64,000 nucleotides of DNA from an uncultured Gammaproteobacteria bacterium (lineage in GTDB: Bacteria > Pseudomonadota > Gammaproteobacteria > Arenicellales > CAJQKF01), in contig CBFGVH010000001.1 of assembly GCA_965652415.1 (NCBI GenBank), forward strand, positions 33,041 to 97,040, given 5' to 3'. This document shows, piece after piece, positions 1-10,216 of this stretch (positions within the stretch are counted from its first letter, which is position 1; every line of letters starts with the position of its first letter). The notes below the pieces were generated by a model that was not told the origin of the DNA, did not search any database, and saw only the letters and a program-made list of their open reading frames with translations. A program made the position numbers and the translations under genes.

Positions 1-192
1 TTCGCCGCGCTCGAATCGTGCGAACTCGAACAGGTGGAGAAACTGGAGCAGCTGCGGGCCCTTTGGAACGGCGAAGCCATCCGCGTGCTCAAGGCTTATT
101 GCCTCCCCGGACCCGGGGTGGATACCATCTACGACCTCGAGAACGTCATCCGCATATTTGAACGCCAGCAGGAAGCCGAGCACGAGCAATGA
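1..192 (+). CDS. kdsB: 3-deoxy-manno-octulosonate cytidylyltransferase (CMP-KDO synthetase), C-terminal fragment; 5' end lies outside the window
   Basis: Frame-1 translation [48 protein letters not shown] ends at TGA 190-192. It resembles the KdsB C-terminus. ATGA overlap with the next gene. Confidence 0.7.
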   Translation, partial: FAALESCELEQVEKLEQLRALWNGEAIRVLKAYCLPGPGVDTIYDLENVIRIFERQQEAEHEQ

Positions 193-671
193 TCAAGGTC
201 CTGTTCGTGTGTCTTGGAAACATCTGCCGATCGCCGACCGCCGAGGGCGTGTTCCGGCGCCTGGTAGAGGATGAGAGGCTGGGCGACGTGGTCCAGATCG
301 ACTCCGCCGGAATCGCGTCCTGGCACGTGGGACGCCCGCCGGACGAGCGCGCCCGCGAGGCCGCCCGCCGGCGCGGCGTCGATATCGATCACCTGCGCGG
401 TCGCCAAGTTCGCGCGCAGGACTTCGAGCACTTCGACTACATCATCGCCATGGATCGGGACAACCTCGCGGCGCTGATCGATATCTGCGAACCGCATCAC
501 CGCTCGAGGCTGCGACTTCTGATGGAGTTCGAACCAGCCTACGGAATCGACGAAGTGCCCGACCCCTACTACGGCGGCGAGTCCGGTTTCGACCGCGTCC
601 TCGACATGATCGAGGCGGCCAGCGCCGCCCTGCTGGACGAGGTCCGGCAGCGCGTCGACAGCGGCCGCTGA
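189..671 (+). CDS. low-molecular-weight protein-tyrosine phosphatase
   Basis: N-terminal CX5R P-loop ([10 protein letters not shown]) and the DPYYG catalytic-Asp motif; 160 aa, typical size. Confidence 0.9.
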   Translation: MIKVLFVCLGNICRSPTAEGVFRRLVEDERLGDVVQIDSAGIASWHVGRPPDERAREAARRRGVDIDHLRGRQVRAQDFEHFDYIIAMDRDNLAALIDICEPHHRSRLRLLMEFEPAYGIDEVPDPYYGGESGFDRVLDMIEAASAALLDEVRQRVDSGR

Positions 672-688
672 GCCGGCGCCCCGCCGCA

Positions 689-1717
689 ATGCAGCCGGCG
701 AGACTCGGCCCGGTCATCACCGATCTTGCGGGCACCACAGTGGCCCGCTCGGAGTGGGACATGCTGCGCCACCGCAACCTCGGCGGCGTCATCCTGTTCT
801 CGAGAAACTACGACGAACCGCGGCAGCTCGGCAGCCTGTGCGACGAAATCCGCGACACGGCCGGTCGCCGACTTCTCATTGCGGTGGACCAGGAGGGCGG
901 TCGGGTGCAGCGGTTCAAGGGGGGCTTCTCGACCCTGCCGCCGATGGCCGTGTTCGGACGCCTTTACGACACCGACCCGGGCCGTGCGCTCGAATGCGCA
1001 CGCCAAGCGGCGCTGACCATGGCCCTGGAGCTTCGCACCCGCGGCGTCGACCTCAGTTTCGCGCCGGTGGCGGACCTCGACCGTGGCGTCAGCACGGTCG
1101 TCGGCGACCGCGCCTTTCACCGCGAACCCCGGGCCGTCGCCGCCCTGTGTACCGCCTGGCGTCAGGGCATGGCCGACGCCGGCATGGCGGCGGTCGCCAA
1201 GCATTTTCCCGGACACGGCGCGGTGGCCGCCGACTCGCACCTCGACATGCCCGTGGACGACCGCCCGCTCGGCGAGATCGAGGCCGAGGACCTCGTGCCT
1301 TTCGCGCGCCTGGTCGAAGCCGGCGTGGAAGGCGTGATGACGGCCCACGTGGTCTACCGCGAGGTGGACGCCGAGGTCGCCACGTTTTCGAGATTCTGGA
1401 TTCGCGAGATGCTGCGCGCGCGCCTCGGCTTCGACGGCGTGGTGTTCAGCGACGACCTCTCCATGGCCGGGGCCGGCAGCGCGGGTGGGCCCGGCGAACG
1501 GGCACGTGCAGCGCTGGAAGCCGGCTGCGACGCGCTCCTGGTGTGCAACGACCGAAAGGCGGCCATCGAGGTCCTGGACCACGTGGACGGGCCCGCGCGA
1601 CCGCTCGAACCCCTCCTGGGGCGCGACATCGCACCGGCGCTGCCTGGTCTCGAGGGCAGGGTGACCCGATTCTCGGCGACGCTGCAGGACCTCGCCGCCG
1701 ACCGCGCGCAGGGCTGA
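689..1717 (+). CDS. nagZ: beta-N-acetylhexosaminidase (GH3, peptidoglycan recycling)
   Basis: AVDQEGGRVQRF and KHFPGHG motifs of GH3 NagZ; 342 aa. Confidence 0.9.
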   Translation: MQPARLGPVITDLAGTTVARSEWDMLRHRNLGGVILFSRNYDEPRQLGSLCDEIRDTAGRRLLIAVDQEGGRVQRFKGGFSTLPPMAVFGRLYDTDPGRALECARQAALTMALELRTRGVDLSFAPVADLDRGVSTVVGDRAFHREPRAVAALCTAWRQGMADAGMAAVAKHFPGHGAVAADSHLDMPVDDRPLGEIEAEDLVPFARLVEAGVEGVMTAHVVYREVDAEVATFSRFWIREMLRARLGFDGVVFSDDLSMAGAGSAGGPGERARAALEAGCDALLVCNDRKAAIEVLDHVDGPARPLEPLLGRDIAPALPGLEGRVTRFSATLQDLAADRAQG

Positions 1718-1722
1718 AATCG

Positions 1723-2286
1723 CTACTCGGCCCGCTCGACGTACTCGCCGGTTTCCGTGTTGACCTTGACGCGGTCGCCGACGTTCACGAACGTGGGGAC
1801 GATGACCCGGATGCCGGTCTCGAGACGGGCCGGCTTGCCGGAGCCCGAGGCGGTCTGGCCCTTGACCACGGCCTCGGTCTCGACCACCTCCAGGACCACG
1901 TTCGGCGGCAGCTCGAACCCGATGGGCACGTCGTTGTGGAAGTTGATCTGCACCTCGGTGTTGGGCAGCAGGTAGCCGACCTGGTCCTGCAGGTCCTCGG
2001 CGGCCAGGCTCAGCTGCTCGTAGGTCTCGAGGTCCATGAACACGAGGTTGTCGCCGTCCTGGTACAGGTACTGCATCTGGCGCACGTCGACGTGGGCCTT
2101 CTCCAGCTTGTCCTCGGAGCGAAAACGCTCGTTGAGCTTGGTCCCCTGGTTGATTTCCTTCAGTTCGAGCTGGGCGAACGCGCCGCCCTTGCCGGGCTTG
2201 ACGTGGCTCTTCTTGAGCACCCGCCAGAGCTTGTTCTGGTACTCGATGAGATTGCCGACTCGCACGTCGGAGGCGGAAATTTTCAT
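1723..2286 (-). CDS. efp: elongation factor P
   Basis: MKISASDVRVGN..VKPGKGGAFAQLELK..GSGKPARLETG is full-length EF-P-like. I start at the internal ATG (cat 2284-2286) rather than the 211-aa ORF start. Confidence 0.9.
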   Translation of the reverse strand: MKISASDVRVGNLIEYQNKLWRVLKKSHVKPGKGGAFAQLELKEINQGTKLNERFRSEDKLEKAHVDVRQMQYLYQDGDNLVFMDLETYEQLSLAAEDLQDQVGYLLPNTEVQINFHNDVPIGFELPPNVVLEVVETEAVVKGQTASGSGKPARLETGIRVIVPTFVNVGDRVKVNTETGEYVERAE

Positions 2287-2382
2287 GGCCTTGGGTCCGG
2301 GTGAAAAAGCGCGATATTCTAGCAGTACCGACGTGAACATGCCCGTTTCCACAAGCAATCCTCATTCGTCGCGTCAACGACA

Positions 2383-3039
2383 GTGACAATTCGACAATTC
2401 CACGACCTCGGCTGGTACGATGCCGCGTGCCGCCGCTGCCCGCGCCTGGCCGCCTTCCTCGACGAAGTCTCGGCCGAGCACCCGCGCTACCACTGCCGGC
2501 CGGTTCCGCCGTTCGGCGACCCCGCGGCGCGCCTCCTGGTGGTCGGGCTGGCGCCGGGCAAGCACGGGGCCAACGCCAGCGGCCGCCCGTTCACGGGGGA
2601 CCACGCGGGCATCCTCCTGTACCGCACGCTGCACCGCTTCGGCTTCGCCAGCCGACCCGAGTCGAGCGCGGCGGATGACGGGCTGGAACTGATCGACTGC
2701 CGCATCACCAACGCCGTCAAGTGCCTGCCGCCGGCCAACAAGCCAGTCGGCGACGAGGTGCGCCGGTGCCTGGAGTATCTGCGCCGCGAGATCGCCGCGC
2801 TCGAGCCCGGCTCGGTGGTGCTCGCCCTTGGCGGCCTGGCGCACGGCGCGGTGCTGCGCTGCGTTGGCCTGGCGCCGGCGCGCCACCGGTTCGCGCACGG
2901 CAGCGAGTACGTCACCGACGACGGCATTCACGTCGTCTCGAGCTACCATTGCTCGCGTTACAACACCCAGACCGGCCGGCTCACCGAGGACATGTTCGCC
3001 GCAGTGTTCGCTCGCGCCAGGGCGCTGGTCGGCACGTGA
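2383..3039 (+). CDS. uracil-DNA glycosylase superfamily protein (Fe-S family 4/5 type)
   Basis: N-terminal CRRCPRL cysteine pair and a GLAPGKHGANASGRPFTGD active-site-like motif; GTGA overlap with uvrC. Confidence 0.75.
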   Translation: MTIRQFHDLGWYDAACRRCPRLAAFLDEVSAEHPRYHCRPVPPFGDPAARLLVVGLAPGKHGANASGRPFTGDHAGILLYRTLHRFGFASRPESSAADDGLELIDCRITNAVKCLPPANKPVGDEVRRCLEYLRREIAALEPGSVVLALGGLAHGAVLRCVGLAPARHRFAHGSEYVTDDGIHVVSSYHCSRYNTQTGRLTEDMFAAVFARARALVGT

Positions 3040-4859
3040 GCGAGCCCCGGGCCGAACCCTTCGACCACCGCCGCTTCCTGGCCACGGCGCCGGAGCGGCC
3101 GGGCGTCTACGTCATGTACGACGAGTCCGGCAACTGCCTCTACGTCGGCAAGGCCCGCGACCTGAAAAAGCGCGTGGCCAACTACTTTCGCTCGAGCGGA
3201 CTCGATCCCAAAACCCGCGCGCTCAAGTCCCACATCGCCGGCATCGAACTGCACATCACCCGCGGCGACAACGAGGCGCTGCTGCTCGAGTACAACCTGA
3301 TCCAGTCGCTCAAGCCGCGCTACAACGTGATGATGCGCGACGACAAGAGCTACCCGTACATCCGCCTGACCGACGAGGAGTTCCCTCGCCTGGTGTTCTA
3401 TCGCGGCTCCACCCGCGGCAAGGGCCGGTTCTTCGGGCCCTATGCCAATGCCGGCGCGGTGCGCGAGGTGCTCGCCCAGATTCACAAGATCATTCCGCTT
3501 CGCCAGTGCGAGGACAGCGTGTTCAGGAACCGCACGCGGCCTTGCCTGCAGTTCCAGATCGGCCGCTGCAGCGCACCTTGCACCGGCGAGATCGACGCCG
3601 GCCGCTACCGCGAGGACGTCGAGCAGGCGGCGCTGCTCCTGGCCGGCGACGACCAGACGCTCGACGAGAGCCTGAACAGGCGCATGACGGAGGCGGCCGG
3701 AGCGCTCGAGTTCGAGGACGCGGCGCGTTTTCGCGATCGCATCCGCCGCCTGCGCCGGATCAAGGCCGGCCAGTTCGTGGCCCACCTGGACGGCGACGTC
3801 GACGTGATCGCGCTCGCCCGCCACGACCGGCGCTACTGCATCGCCCTTTCGACCGTGCGCGACGGCCGCAACCTCGGCCAGAGGTTCTTCGTCGACACCG
3901 CGCCCGAGAACACGCTGGACGGCGAGATCGTCTCCGCGTTCATCGCCCAGCACTACCGCAACCATCCGCCGCCCTCGGAGATCATCACGGCCCAGCGTCT
4001 CGACGACGCCGAGTTCCTGTCGAGCGCGCTCGGCGAGGCGAAGGGGAGCGGCGTGGCGGTTCGAAGCGCCGTGCGCGGCAGGCGCAGCCGCTGGCTGCAG
4101 ATGACTCGCCTCAATGCCGCCAGCCACCTGGAGCGCGACCTCGAGGACCGCGGGCGCAATCTCGACCGGTTTTCCGAACTGACGACCGCCCTGGGCCTCG
4201 CCCGGGTGCCAGAGCGGGTCGAATGCTTTGACGTCAGCCACACAATGGGCGAGCGCACCGTGGCTGCCTGCGTGGTCTTCGACCAGCAGGGTCCGGTGCC
4301 GGCCGAGTACCGGCGCTTCAACATCCGCGCCGACACTCGCGGCGACGACTACGCCGCCATGGCCGAGGTCATCGGCCGCCGCTACCGCAAGGTGGCGGGG
4401 GGCGAGGGCAGGGCGCCCGACCTGCTGCTGGTCGACGGCGGCAAGGGCCAGCTGGCGCGGGCGCTCACGGTGACCGGGGAACTCGGGCTGTCGGACATGG
4501 TGGTGGTGGGCGTCGCCAAGGGACTCGAGCGCCGCGCCGGGCAGGAACGGCTGTTCTTGTCGCCCCATGGTGGCCCGACTATACTCGATCCGGCCTCGGG
4601 CGCGTCGCATCTCATCCAGGCCATTCGCGACGAAGCCCACCGGTTCGCGATCACGGGCCACCGCGCCAGGCGGCAGAAGGCGCGGACCAGTTCGAGGCTC
4701 GAGGAAATTCCCGGCATCGGGGCGGTCAAGCGGCGCGCCTTGCTGCACCATTTCGGCGGTCTGAAGGAAGTGCGACAGGCAAACGTGGAGGAACTGATGA
4801 AGGTGCCCGGAATCAGCCGCACCCTGGCCGAGAAGATCCGCGACACGCTCGACCGCTGA
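3036..4859 (+). CDS. uvrC: excinuclease ABC subunit C
   Basis: GIY-YIG domain (PGVYVMYDESGNCLYVGKARDLKKRVANYF) and C-terminal HhH (PGIGAVKRRALLHHFGGL). GTG 3036 is chosen as start; the upstream 105 codons of the 712-aa ORF are R/P-rich junk overlapping udg. Confidence 0.92.
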   Translation: MSEPRAEPFDHRRFLATAPERPGVYVMYDESGNCLYVGKARDLKKRVANYFRSSGLDPKTRALKSHIAGIELHITRGDNEALLLEYNLIQSLKPRYNVMMRDDKSYPYIRLTDEEFPRLVFYRGSTRGKGRFFGPYANAGAVREVLAQIHKIIPLRQCEDSVFRNRTRPCLQFQIGRCSAPCTGEIDAGRYREDVEQAALLLAGDDQTLDESLNRRMTEAAGALEFEDAARFRDRIRRLRRIKAGQFVAHLDGDVDVIALARHDRRYCIALSTVRDGRNLGQRFFVDTAPENTLDGEIVSAFIAQHYRNHPPPSEIITAQRLDDAEFLSSALGEAKGSGVAVRSAVRGRRSRWLQMTRLNAASHLERDLEDRGRNLDRFSELTTALGLARVPERVECFDVSHTMGERTVAACVVFDQQGPVPAEYRRFNIRADTRGDDYAAMAEVIGRRYRKVAGGEGRAPDLLLVDGGKGQLARALTVTGELGLSDMVVVGVAKGLERRAGQERLFLSPHGGPTILDPASGASHLIQAIRDEAHRFAITGHRARRQKARTSSRLEEIPGIGAVKRRALLHHFGGLKEVRQANVEELMKVPGISRTLAEKIRDTLDR

Positions 4860-4860
4860 C

Positions 4861-5448
4861 ATGCCGATCAACACACCCAATATCCTGACCCTGATCCGGA
4901 TCCTGATCATCCCGGTGATCATCGTGGTGTATTTCATGCCGTCGCGCAGCACCAACGAGATCGTCACCTTCCTGTTCGTGCTCGCGGCGATCACCGACTG
5001 GCTGGACGGCTACCTCGCCCGGCGTTGGAACCAGGGCTCGCCCTTCGGGGCCTTCCTCGATCCGGTGGCCGACAAGCTGATTGTCGCCACCGCGCTGATC
5101 CTGCTGGCCAGCGACAGGGAAGTGCTCGAACTCGTCTACAGCAAGATCCTGTTCACCATCGTCACCTGCGTGATCATCGGCCGCGAGATCACGATTTCGG
5201 CCCTGCGCGAGTGGATGGCGGGCATCGGAGCCCGCAGCAGCGTGGCGGTGGGGATGATCGGGAAGATCAAGACCGGCGTGCAGATGGTGGCCATCTCCAT
5301 GCTGCTCTACCACGACCCGCTGTGGGGCCTTCCGATATTCAAGATCGGCGAGATCGCCCTGTACGCGGCGGCCGCCCTGACCCTGTGGTCGATGTTCGTC
5401 TACCTGAGGGCCGCGTGGCCGACCCTCGTCGACGAGGGGGCCGCGTAG
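4861..5448 (+). CDS. pgsA: CDP-diacylglycerol--glycerol-3-phosphate 3-phosphatidyltransferase
   Basis: CDP-alcohol phosphatidyltransferase motif DWLDGYLARRWNQGSPFGAFLDPVADK; uvrC-pgsA synteny. Confidence 0.92.
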   Translation: MPINTPNILTLIRILIIPVIIVVYFMPSRSTNEIVTFLFVLAAITDWLDGYLARRWNQGSPFGAFLDPVADKLIVATALILLASDREVLELVYSKILFTIVTCVIIGREITISALREWMAGIGARSSVAVGMIGKIKTGVQMVAISMLLYHDPLWGLPIFKIGEIALYAAAALTLWSMFVYLRAAWPTLVDEGAA

Positions 5449-5557
5449 ATTGCCGATACGCCGGCGGCGGCACTTGACAGCCGACCGACAGTGGATAGAA
5501 TCAGCTTCCCCGATTCCTGAAGCGAATGCGACGCTATCGGAGGGATTTCAACAAGAT

Positions 5558-5633
<76 letters not shown>

Positions 5634-5645
5634 GGTTTCTAAAGG

Positions 5646-5670
5646 GCCCCGGCACGCACCGGGGCTTTTT
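5646..5670 (+). terminator. rho-independent terminator after tRNA-Gly
   Basis: 7-bp GC stem gccccgg/ccggggc, loop cacgca, followed by ttttt. Confidence 0.7.
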
Positions 5671-5696
5671 GTGCCGTCCTGCCGGGATGGTATGAT
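5669..5696 (+). promoter_or_regulatory. candidate sigma70 promoter for tRNA-Cys
   Basis: TTGTGC-N16-TATGAT, with the -10 ending 9 nt before the tRNA-Cys 5' end. Confidence 0.35.
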
Positions 5697-5705
5697 CGCT
5701 CACCC

Positions 5706-5779
5706 GGCTGGGTGGCAGAGTGGTTATGCAGCGGCCTGCAAAGCCGTGTACGCCGGTTCGATTCCGACCCCAGCCTCCA
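5706..5779 (+). tRNA. tRNA-Cys (anticodon GCA)
   Basis: Acceptor ggctggg/cccagcc, anticodon loop ctGCAaa, T-arm ggttcgattcc, 3' CCA; 74 nt. Confidence 0.92.
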
Positions 5780-5931
5780 AAATGCCGCCGGTCGAACGCC
5801 CCGGGCCGCGCGGGGCGCACACCCGGGCCCCCTAGTGCGCGCCGCGGGTAAACGCAGCGCTGCCGGGCCGGCAGCAACGCGCATCGGCGTGACGGGATGC
5901 CGGGCGCCGTTGACCGCAAGAGCCTGACAAC

Positions 5932-6693
5932 GTGACCGAACTCCTCGTCCTGCCCGACGGCATCGGCGCCGTCACCGCCGCGTTCATCGTTCTCGCCACC
6001 ATGGCCACCTCGATGGTGGGCGCCATGTTCGGGGTCGGCGGCGGGACCATCCTGCTCGCGGTCCTGGCGGTCCTGCTGCCGCCGGTGGCGCTGATCCCGG
6101 TCCACGGGGTGGTTCAACTCGGCGCCACCGGGGTGCGCGCGGTGTTGCTCGCGCGGCACATCAACCGCGCAACGGTGCTGCCCTTCGTCGCCGGCTCGGC
6201 AATCGGCTCGGCGCTGTCCGGGGTCATGTTCTTCCAGTTCTTTCCGCCGTGGCTGATCCAGTACGCGGTGGCCGCGTTCATCGCCTGGTCGGTGCTGGGC
6301 GCCATGCCGGCCATCGGCCGGCGGCACATCCTCTTCGCCGGGGCATTCTCGGGTTTTCTGACCATCCTGTTCGGCGCCACCGGAACCTTCGTCAGCGCCT
6401 TCGTCAAGAGCATGAACATGCCGCCGCTTCGCTACGTCGCCACTCACGCGACGCTGATGAGCCTGCAGCATCTCGTGAAGATCGTCGTGTTCGGCGTGCT
6501 CGGCTTCGCTTTCGGGCCCTACGCGCTGCTGATCACGCTGATGTTGGCGAGCGGCTTCGTGGGTACCGTGATCGGCCGCAACATCCTGCTCAGCATGAGC
6601 GAGAAGCGCTTCAAGCCCGTTCTCAACGCCATCCTGCTTGTGCTCGCCCTCAGGCTCGCCTGGCAGGCGACCGAGGGACTGCTGGCCGCCTGA
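5932..6693 (+). CDS. TauE/SafE family sulfite-exporter-like membrane protein (DUF81)
   Basis: About 250-aa polytopic protein with G-rich TM helices (MFGVGGGTILLAVLAVLL); GTG start. Confidence 0.7.
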   Translation: MTELLVLPDGIGAVTAAFIVLATMATSMVGAMFGVGGGTILLAVLAVLLPPVALIPVHGVVQLGATGVRAVLLARHINRATVLPFVAGSAIGSALSGVMFFQFFPPWLIQYAVAAFIAWSVLGAMPAIGRRHILFAGAFSGFLTILFGATGTFVSAFVKSMNMPPLRYVATHATLMSLQHLVKIVVFGVLGFAFGPYALLITLMLASGFVGTVIGRNILLSMSEKRFKPVLNAILLVLALRLAWQATEGLLAA

Positions 6694-6706
6694 GCGCGAG
6701 GGCGGG

Positions 6707-7633
6707 TCAATCGCCCGAGTACACCGGCGCCGGCTGGGTGAAGAAGGCGTGCAGTATGTGATAGACAACCAGGTAGTTCTTCTGCTGGAAGCTGGCGTGT
6801 GAAATGCCGGGCATGATGGCAAACTGCTTGTCCGGGTTGGGCAGGCGGCGAAAGAACTCGACCAGGTCGTCAAGCGCCGCGATGCCGTCGTACTGGCCGC
6901 GCATGACGATGGTGGGCACGGTGATCTTCGCCGGGTCGTTGAGCGGCAGCCGCGAGCACATGTCGATGTAGGTGCCGTTGGGAATCGAGTCGTCGAGCTC
7001 GGTGATGGCCTCGGCGAAGGCGTCGACGACATCGTCGGCGGCCGTGCCCGGGTGGTCCCGGTTGAAGATCGAGTGGACAAACGCGCGATCGATGGGTCGC
7101 CGGTTGGAGGCTAGAAACTGCGGCAGCTTCTTGCGTCGTTCCTCGAGGGTGGGGCTGCCTTCACCGGTCCACACGTAGGCGTCCAGCGCCAGCCGCGCGA
7201 CGCGCTCGGGGTGGCGCTCGGCGAACAACGCCGCGCGCAGCGCGCCCGAGGAGATCCCGTACACGAGCAGCGGCCCCGCGTTGCGTATCGCCATGATGTA
7301 CTCGCTGGCCGCGGCGAGATCGTCGGCGCCGTTGGCGATGTCGCAGGTGATGTCGCGGTGCTTGTCGGAGCGGCCGTATCCCTCCATGTCCACGCACCAC
7401 GTGTCGAAGCCCCGCACCGCGAACCAGTCCATCACCGAGCTGAACGGCCTGCCCTCGACGTGCAGGTCGAAGGTCGGCTGCGACGCCATCGACGAGCCGT
7501 GCACGAACAGCACGGTGCCCTTCGATGCGTCGGGACTGTCGAGGTACTTCTCCCACAGGAACAGTTTGACGTCGCCCTTGCCGGTCCAGTGCTCCTGGCC
7601 AGCGATGGGATAGTCTGCGGCGGTCTTGGTCAT
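6707..7633 (-). CDS. alpha/beta hydrolase
   Basis: Nucleophile elbow GISSG, oxyanion-hole-like HGSS, C-terminal GISH; 308 aa. Confidence 0.8.
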   Translation of the reverse strand: MTKTAADYPIAGQEHWTGKGDVKLFLWEKYLDSPDASKGTVLFVHGSSMASQPTFDLHVEGRPFSSVMDWFAVRGFDTWCVDMEGYGRSDKHRDITCDIANGADDLAAASEYIMAIRNAGPLLVYGISSGALRAALFAERHPERVARLALDAYVWTGEGSPTLEERRKKLPQFLASNRRPIDRAFVHSIFNRDHPGTAADDVVDAFAEAITELDDSIPNGTYIDMCSRLPLNDPAKITVPTIVMRGQYDGIAALDDLVEFFRRLPNPDKQFAIMPGISHASFQQKNYLVVYHILHAFFTQPAPVYSGD

Positions 7634-7671
7634 TTCTCTCTCCGAACGTGGTAACCGGCGGTGTGGCGGTG

Positions 7672-8652
7672 CTACAGCCCCAGCCGCTTCATCTGTTTCT
7701 CGGGATAGCGAGTGCCGGCGACCGGGTGACTCGCGAGGATGTCGTTGATCCGCCCCAGTTCATCGCTGCTGAACGTCACGCCCAGGGCGTCGAGGCTGTC
7801 GGCGAGCGTCTCGCGGCGCGAACAGCCCGGTATCGCGACGACGTCGCCGCGCGAGAGCACCCAGGCGATGGCGACCGCGGCGGTCGACACGCCCTTGTCC
7901 GCCGCGATGGCGGATACGGCATCGACCAGGGCAAGGTTCTGCCCGATGTTGTCGCCGGAAAATCGCGGCATGTCGCGGCGCCTGTCGTTCTCGGCCAGCG
8001 ATTCGACCTCCCGAATGGCGCCGCTGAGAAGACCTCGGCTTAGGGGAGCGTAGGCGACGAACCCGATGCCGAGCTCCCGACAGACCGGAAGCACCTCGTC
8101 CTCGACGTCGCGGGTCGCCAGGGAGTACTCGGTCTGCACTGCACTGACCGGGTGAACGGCATGCGCGGCCCGTATCGTGCGCGCACCGGCCTCGGACAGG
8201 CCGATATACCGCACCTTTCCCTGCTCGACCAGGCGCGACATGGCCCCGACCGTTTCCTCGATGGGCACCGCGGGATCGACACGGTGCAGGTAGTACAGGT
8301 CGATCACGTCGACGCCGAGGCGTTCGAGCGACTTGTCGCAAGCCTCCGCGACGTATTCCGGCCGCCCGTTGACGGTGCGGGTGCCGTCCGGCAGTCGGAT
8401 GTTGCCGAACTTGGTGGCGACGACGACGCGGTCGCGGATACCGGTGAGCGCATTACCGACCAGGCTCTCGTTCCTGCCCGAGGCATAGGCATCGGCAGTG
8501 TCGACCATGTCGATCCCGGCGTCGACTGCGGCACGTATCGTCGCCACGGCCTCGTCCGGGTCCGGCGTGCCGTAGATCGGCGTCATGCCCATGCATCCGA
8601 GGCCGAGGACCGAGACCTCGAGTCCGGCGGTTCCAAGGTTGCGCCTTTTCAT
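7672..8652 (-). CDS. aldo/keto reductase
   Basis: MKRRNLGTAGLEVSVLGLGCMGM.., DTADAY and LYYLHRVD are typical of the AKR family. Confidence 0.88.
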   Translation of the reverse strand: MKRRNLGTAGLEVSVLGLGCMGMTPIYGTPDPDEAVATIRAAVDAGIDMVDTADAYASGRNESLVGNALTGIRDRVVVATKFGNIRLPDGTRTVNGRPEYVAEACDKSLERLGVDVIDLYYLHRVDPAVPIEETVGAMSRLVEQGKVRYIGLSEAGARTIRAAHAVHPVSAVQTEYSLATRDVEDEVLPVCRELGIGFVAYAPLSRGLLSGAIREVESLAENDRRRDMPRFSGDNIGQNLALVDAVSAIAADKGVSTAAVAIAWVLSRGDVVAIPGCSRRETLADSLDALGVTFSSDELGRINDILASHPVAGTRYPEKQMKRLGL

Positions 8653-8701
8653 GAAGTCACCTCGCTATGGTGAATCGTCGGGTGCAGGCCGTTCAGGAGT
8701 C

Positions 8702-10216
8702 CTACGCCGGCCGACGGTGGCTGCGCGCGCGCGCCAGCCGATTGCGGATCATGGGCGTTAACAGGGTGAGCACCAACAGCACCCACAGAACGTTGCCTAT
8801 GCCCGATGAGAACAGCGTGGTCAGGTCACCCTGGGAGATCCGCATGGCGCGCAGGAAGTAGTTCTCGAGCAGAGGGCCGAGAATCACGCCGATGAGGATC
8901 GCGGCGACGTGGTAGCCGGTCTTGCGCGCGATGTACCCGATCAGGCCGAACACTATGGCCACGCCCATGTCGAACACGTAGGCGCGCGGCACGAACGAGC
9001 CGACCAGGGTGAAGGCGATCAGGATCGGCGCCATGTACACCGTGGGCACCACCACCACGCGCGACAGGTAGCGCGCCAGCGGCAGGATCATCAGCCCGAG
9101 AAGGATATAGGTCACCGCCATCGCGGTGAACGAACCGTAGGCGATCATCGGCTGGTTGGTGAACAGGCTCGGCCCGAAGGTCACCCCGTGGTATTCCAGC
9201 ACGACCGCCATGATCGCCGCGGTGGCGCCGCCGGGCACGCCGATCACCAGCAGCGGGATCAACGTGCCGGAGGTCACGCCGTTGTTGGCGGCCTCAGGCG
9301 CGATCAGGCCGGGAACATGACCCGTGCCGTAGAGCTCGGGCGTCTTCGAGAAGGTGCGCGACTGCTGGTAGGCGACGAACGAGGCGATCGCCGCACCGGC
9401 GCCGGGGATGACGCCGATGACCAGTCCCAGCATGCCCGTCCACACCACGTGCTTCCACTCGCGCAGGGTTTCCCTGACGCCCTCGATGGTCGGACCCCAG
9501 CCCGACGCCAGGGAGGAAGGAGCGTCGGGCGAGAGGATGCTGGAACGCTCGATGATGAGGAACGCCTCGGAGATGGCGAACAGGCCGACCAGGGCCGGGA
9601 TCAGCGGCACCTTGTCGTACAGTTCGAGGAAGCCGAAGGTACCGCGCGGCGCCTCGTACACGACGTCGGCGCCGATGTAGCCGATCATCAAACCGAAAAG
9701 GCCCGCGATGAGCCCCTTGAGCATGTCCTCGGCCGAGATGGTGGCGATCAGCGAGATGCCGAACAGCATCACCACGATCATCTCCACGCTGTGCAGGTGG
9801 AAGGCGACGCGCGAAAGCCAGGGAATCAGCACCAGCGCGGCGACCGTGGTCAGCAGCCCCGCCGCCACCGAGGCGACGAAGGAGATGGCCAGCGCCTGCT
9901 GGCCGCGTCCCTTGACGGTCATCGGGTAGCCGTCGAGCGGCGTCGCCGCCGCGCCCGCGGTGCCGGGAATGTTCACCAGGATGGCCGGAATGCCGGCGCC
10001 GAGGCGCGACGCGGTGTACAGGGCCACCATGAAGATCATCCCCTCCGCCGGCGGCATGGCCAGCGTGATCGGCAGCAGGATGATGATCGTATTGGCGGCG
10101 CTGAAACCCGGGATCGCGCCGACCACGACACCGAGCACGGTGGCCGGAACGATGATCCACCAGTAGCCGAGGGTATCGACGAACAGATCGAGAAAGACGG
10201 ACAGGTCAGCCGCCAT
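8702..10216 (-). CDS. tctA: tripartite tricarboxylate transporter, large permease
   Basis: 504-aa polytopic protein with a TctA-like sequence; overlaps tctB by 11 nt; tctCBA order. Confidence 0.88.
   Translation of the reverse strand: MAADLSVFLDLFVDTLGYWWIIVPATVLGVVVGAIPGFSAANTIIILLPITLAMPPAEGMIFMVALYTASRLGAGIPAILVNIPGTAGAAATPLDGYPMTVKGRGQQALAISFVASVAAGLLTTVAALVLIPWLSRVAFHLHSVEMIVVMLFGISLIATISAEDMLKGLIAGLFGLMIGYIGADVVYEAPRGTFGFLELYDKVPLIPALVGLFAISEAFLIIERSSILSPDAPSSLASGWGPTIEGVRETLREWKHVVWTGMLGLVIGVIPGAGAAIASFVAYQQSRTFSKTPELYGTGHVPGLIAPEAANNGVTSGTLIPLLVIGVPGGATAAIMAVVLEYHGVTFGPSLFTNQPMIAYGSFTAMAVTYILLGLMILPLARYLSRVVVVPTVYMAPILIAFTLVGSFVPRAYVFDMGVAIVFGLIGYIARKTGYHVAAILIGVILGPLLENYFLRAMRISQGDLTTLFSSGIGNVLWVLLVLTLLTPMIRNRLARARSHRRPA

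Noticed and set aside
569-2389. 606-aa minus-strand ORF spanning PTP, nagZ and efp. Similar very long ORFs occur at 754..2304+, 2958..4994-, 24179..26176+, 29113..31347-, 34147..37791-, 35058..38168+, 43902..45752-, 51064..53208- and 53642..56695+.
   Set aside because: Their translations are R/P/G/A-rich low-complexity sequence. They lie antisense or out of frame to genes with clear family motifs. Stop-codon scarcity in GC-rich DNA is enough to explain them.
2721-3035. N-terminal extension of uvrC (712-aa ORF). Similar N-terminal extensions appear on rnd, mltG, sppA, maf, the bactofilin, the dehydratase, the M48 protease and the Zn-ADH.
   Set aside because: The extensions are compositionally junk and overlap upstream genes or a tRNA. 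Homologue-like N-termini begin at internal ATG/GTG codons, and I used those.
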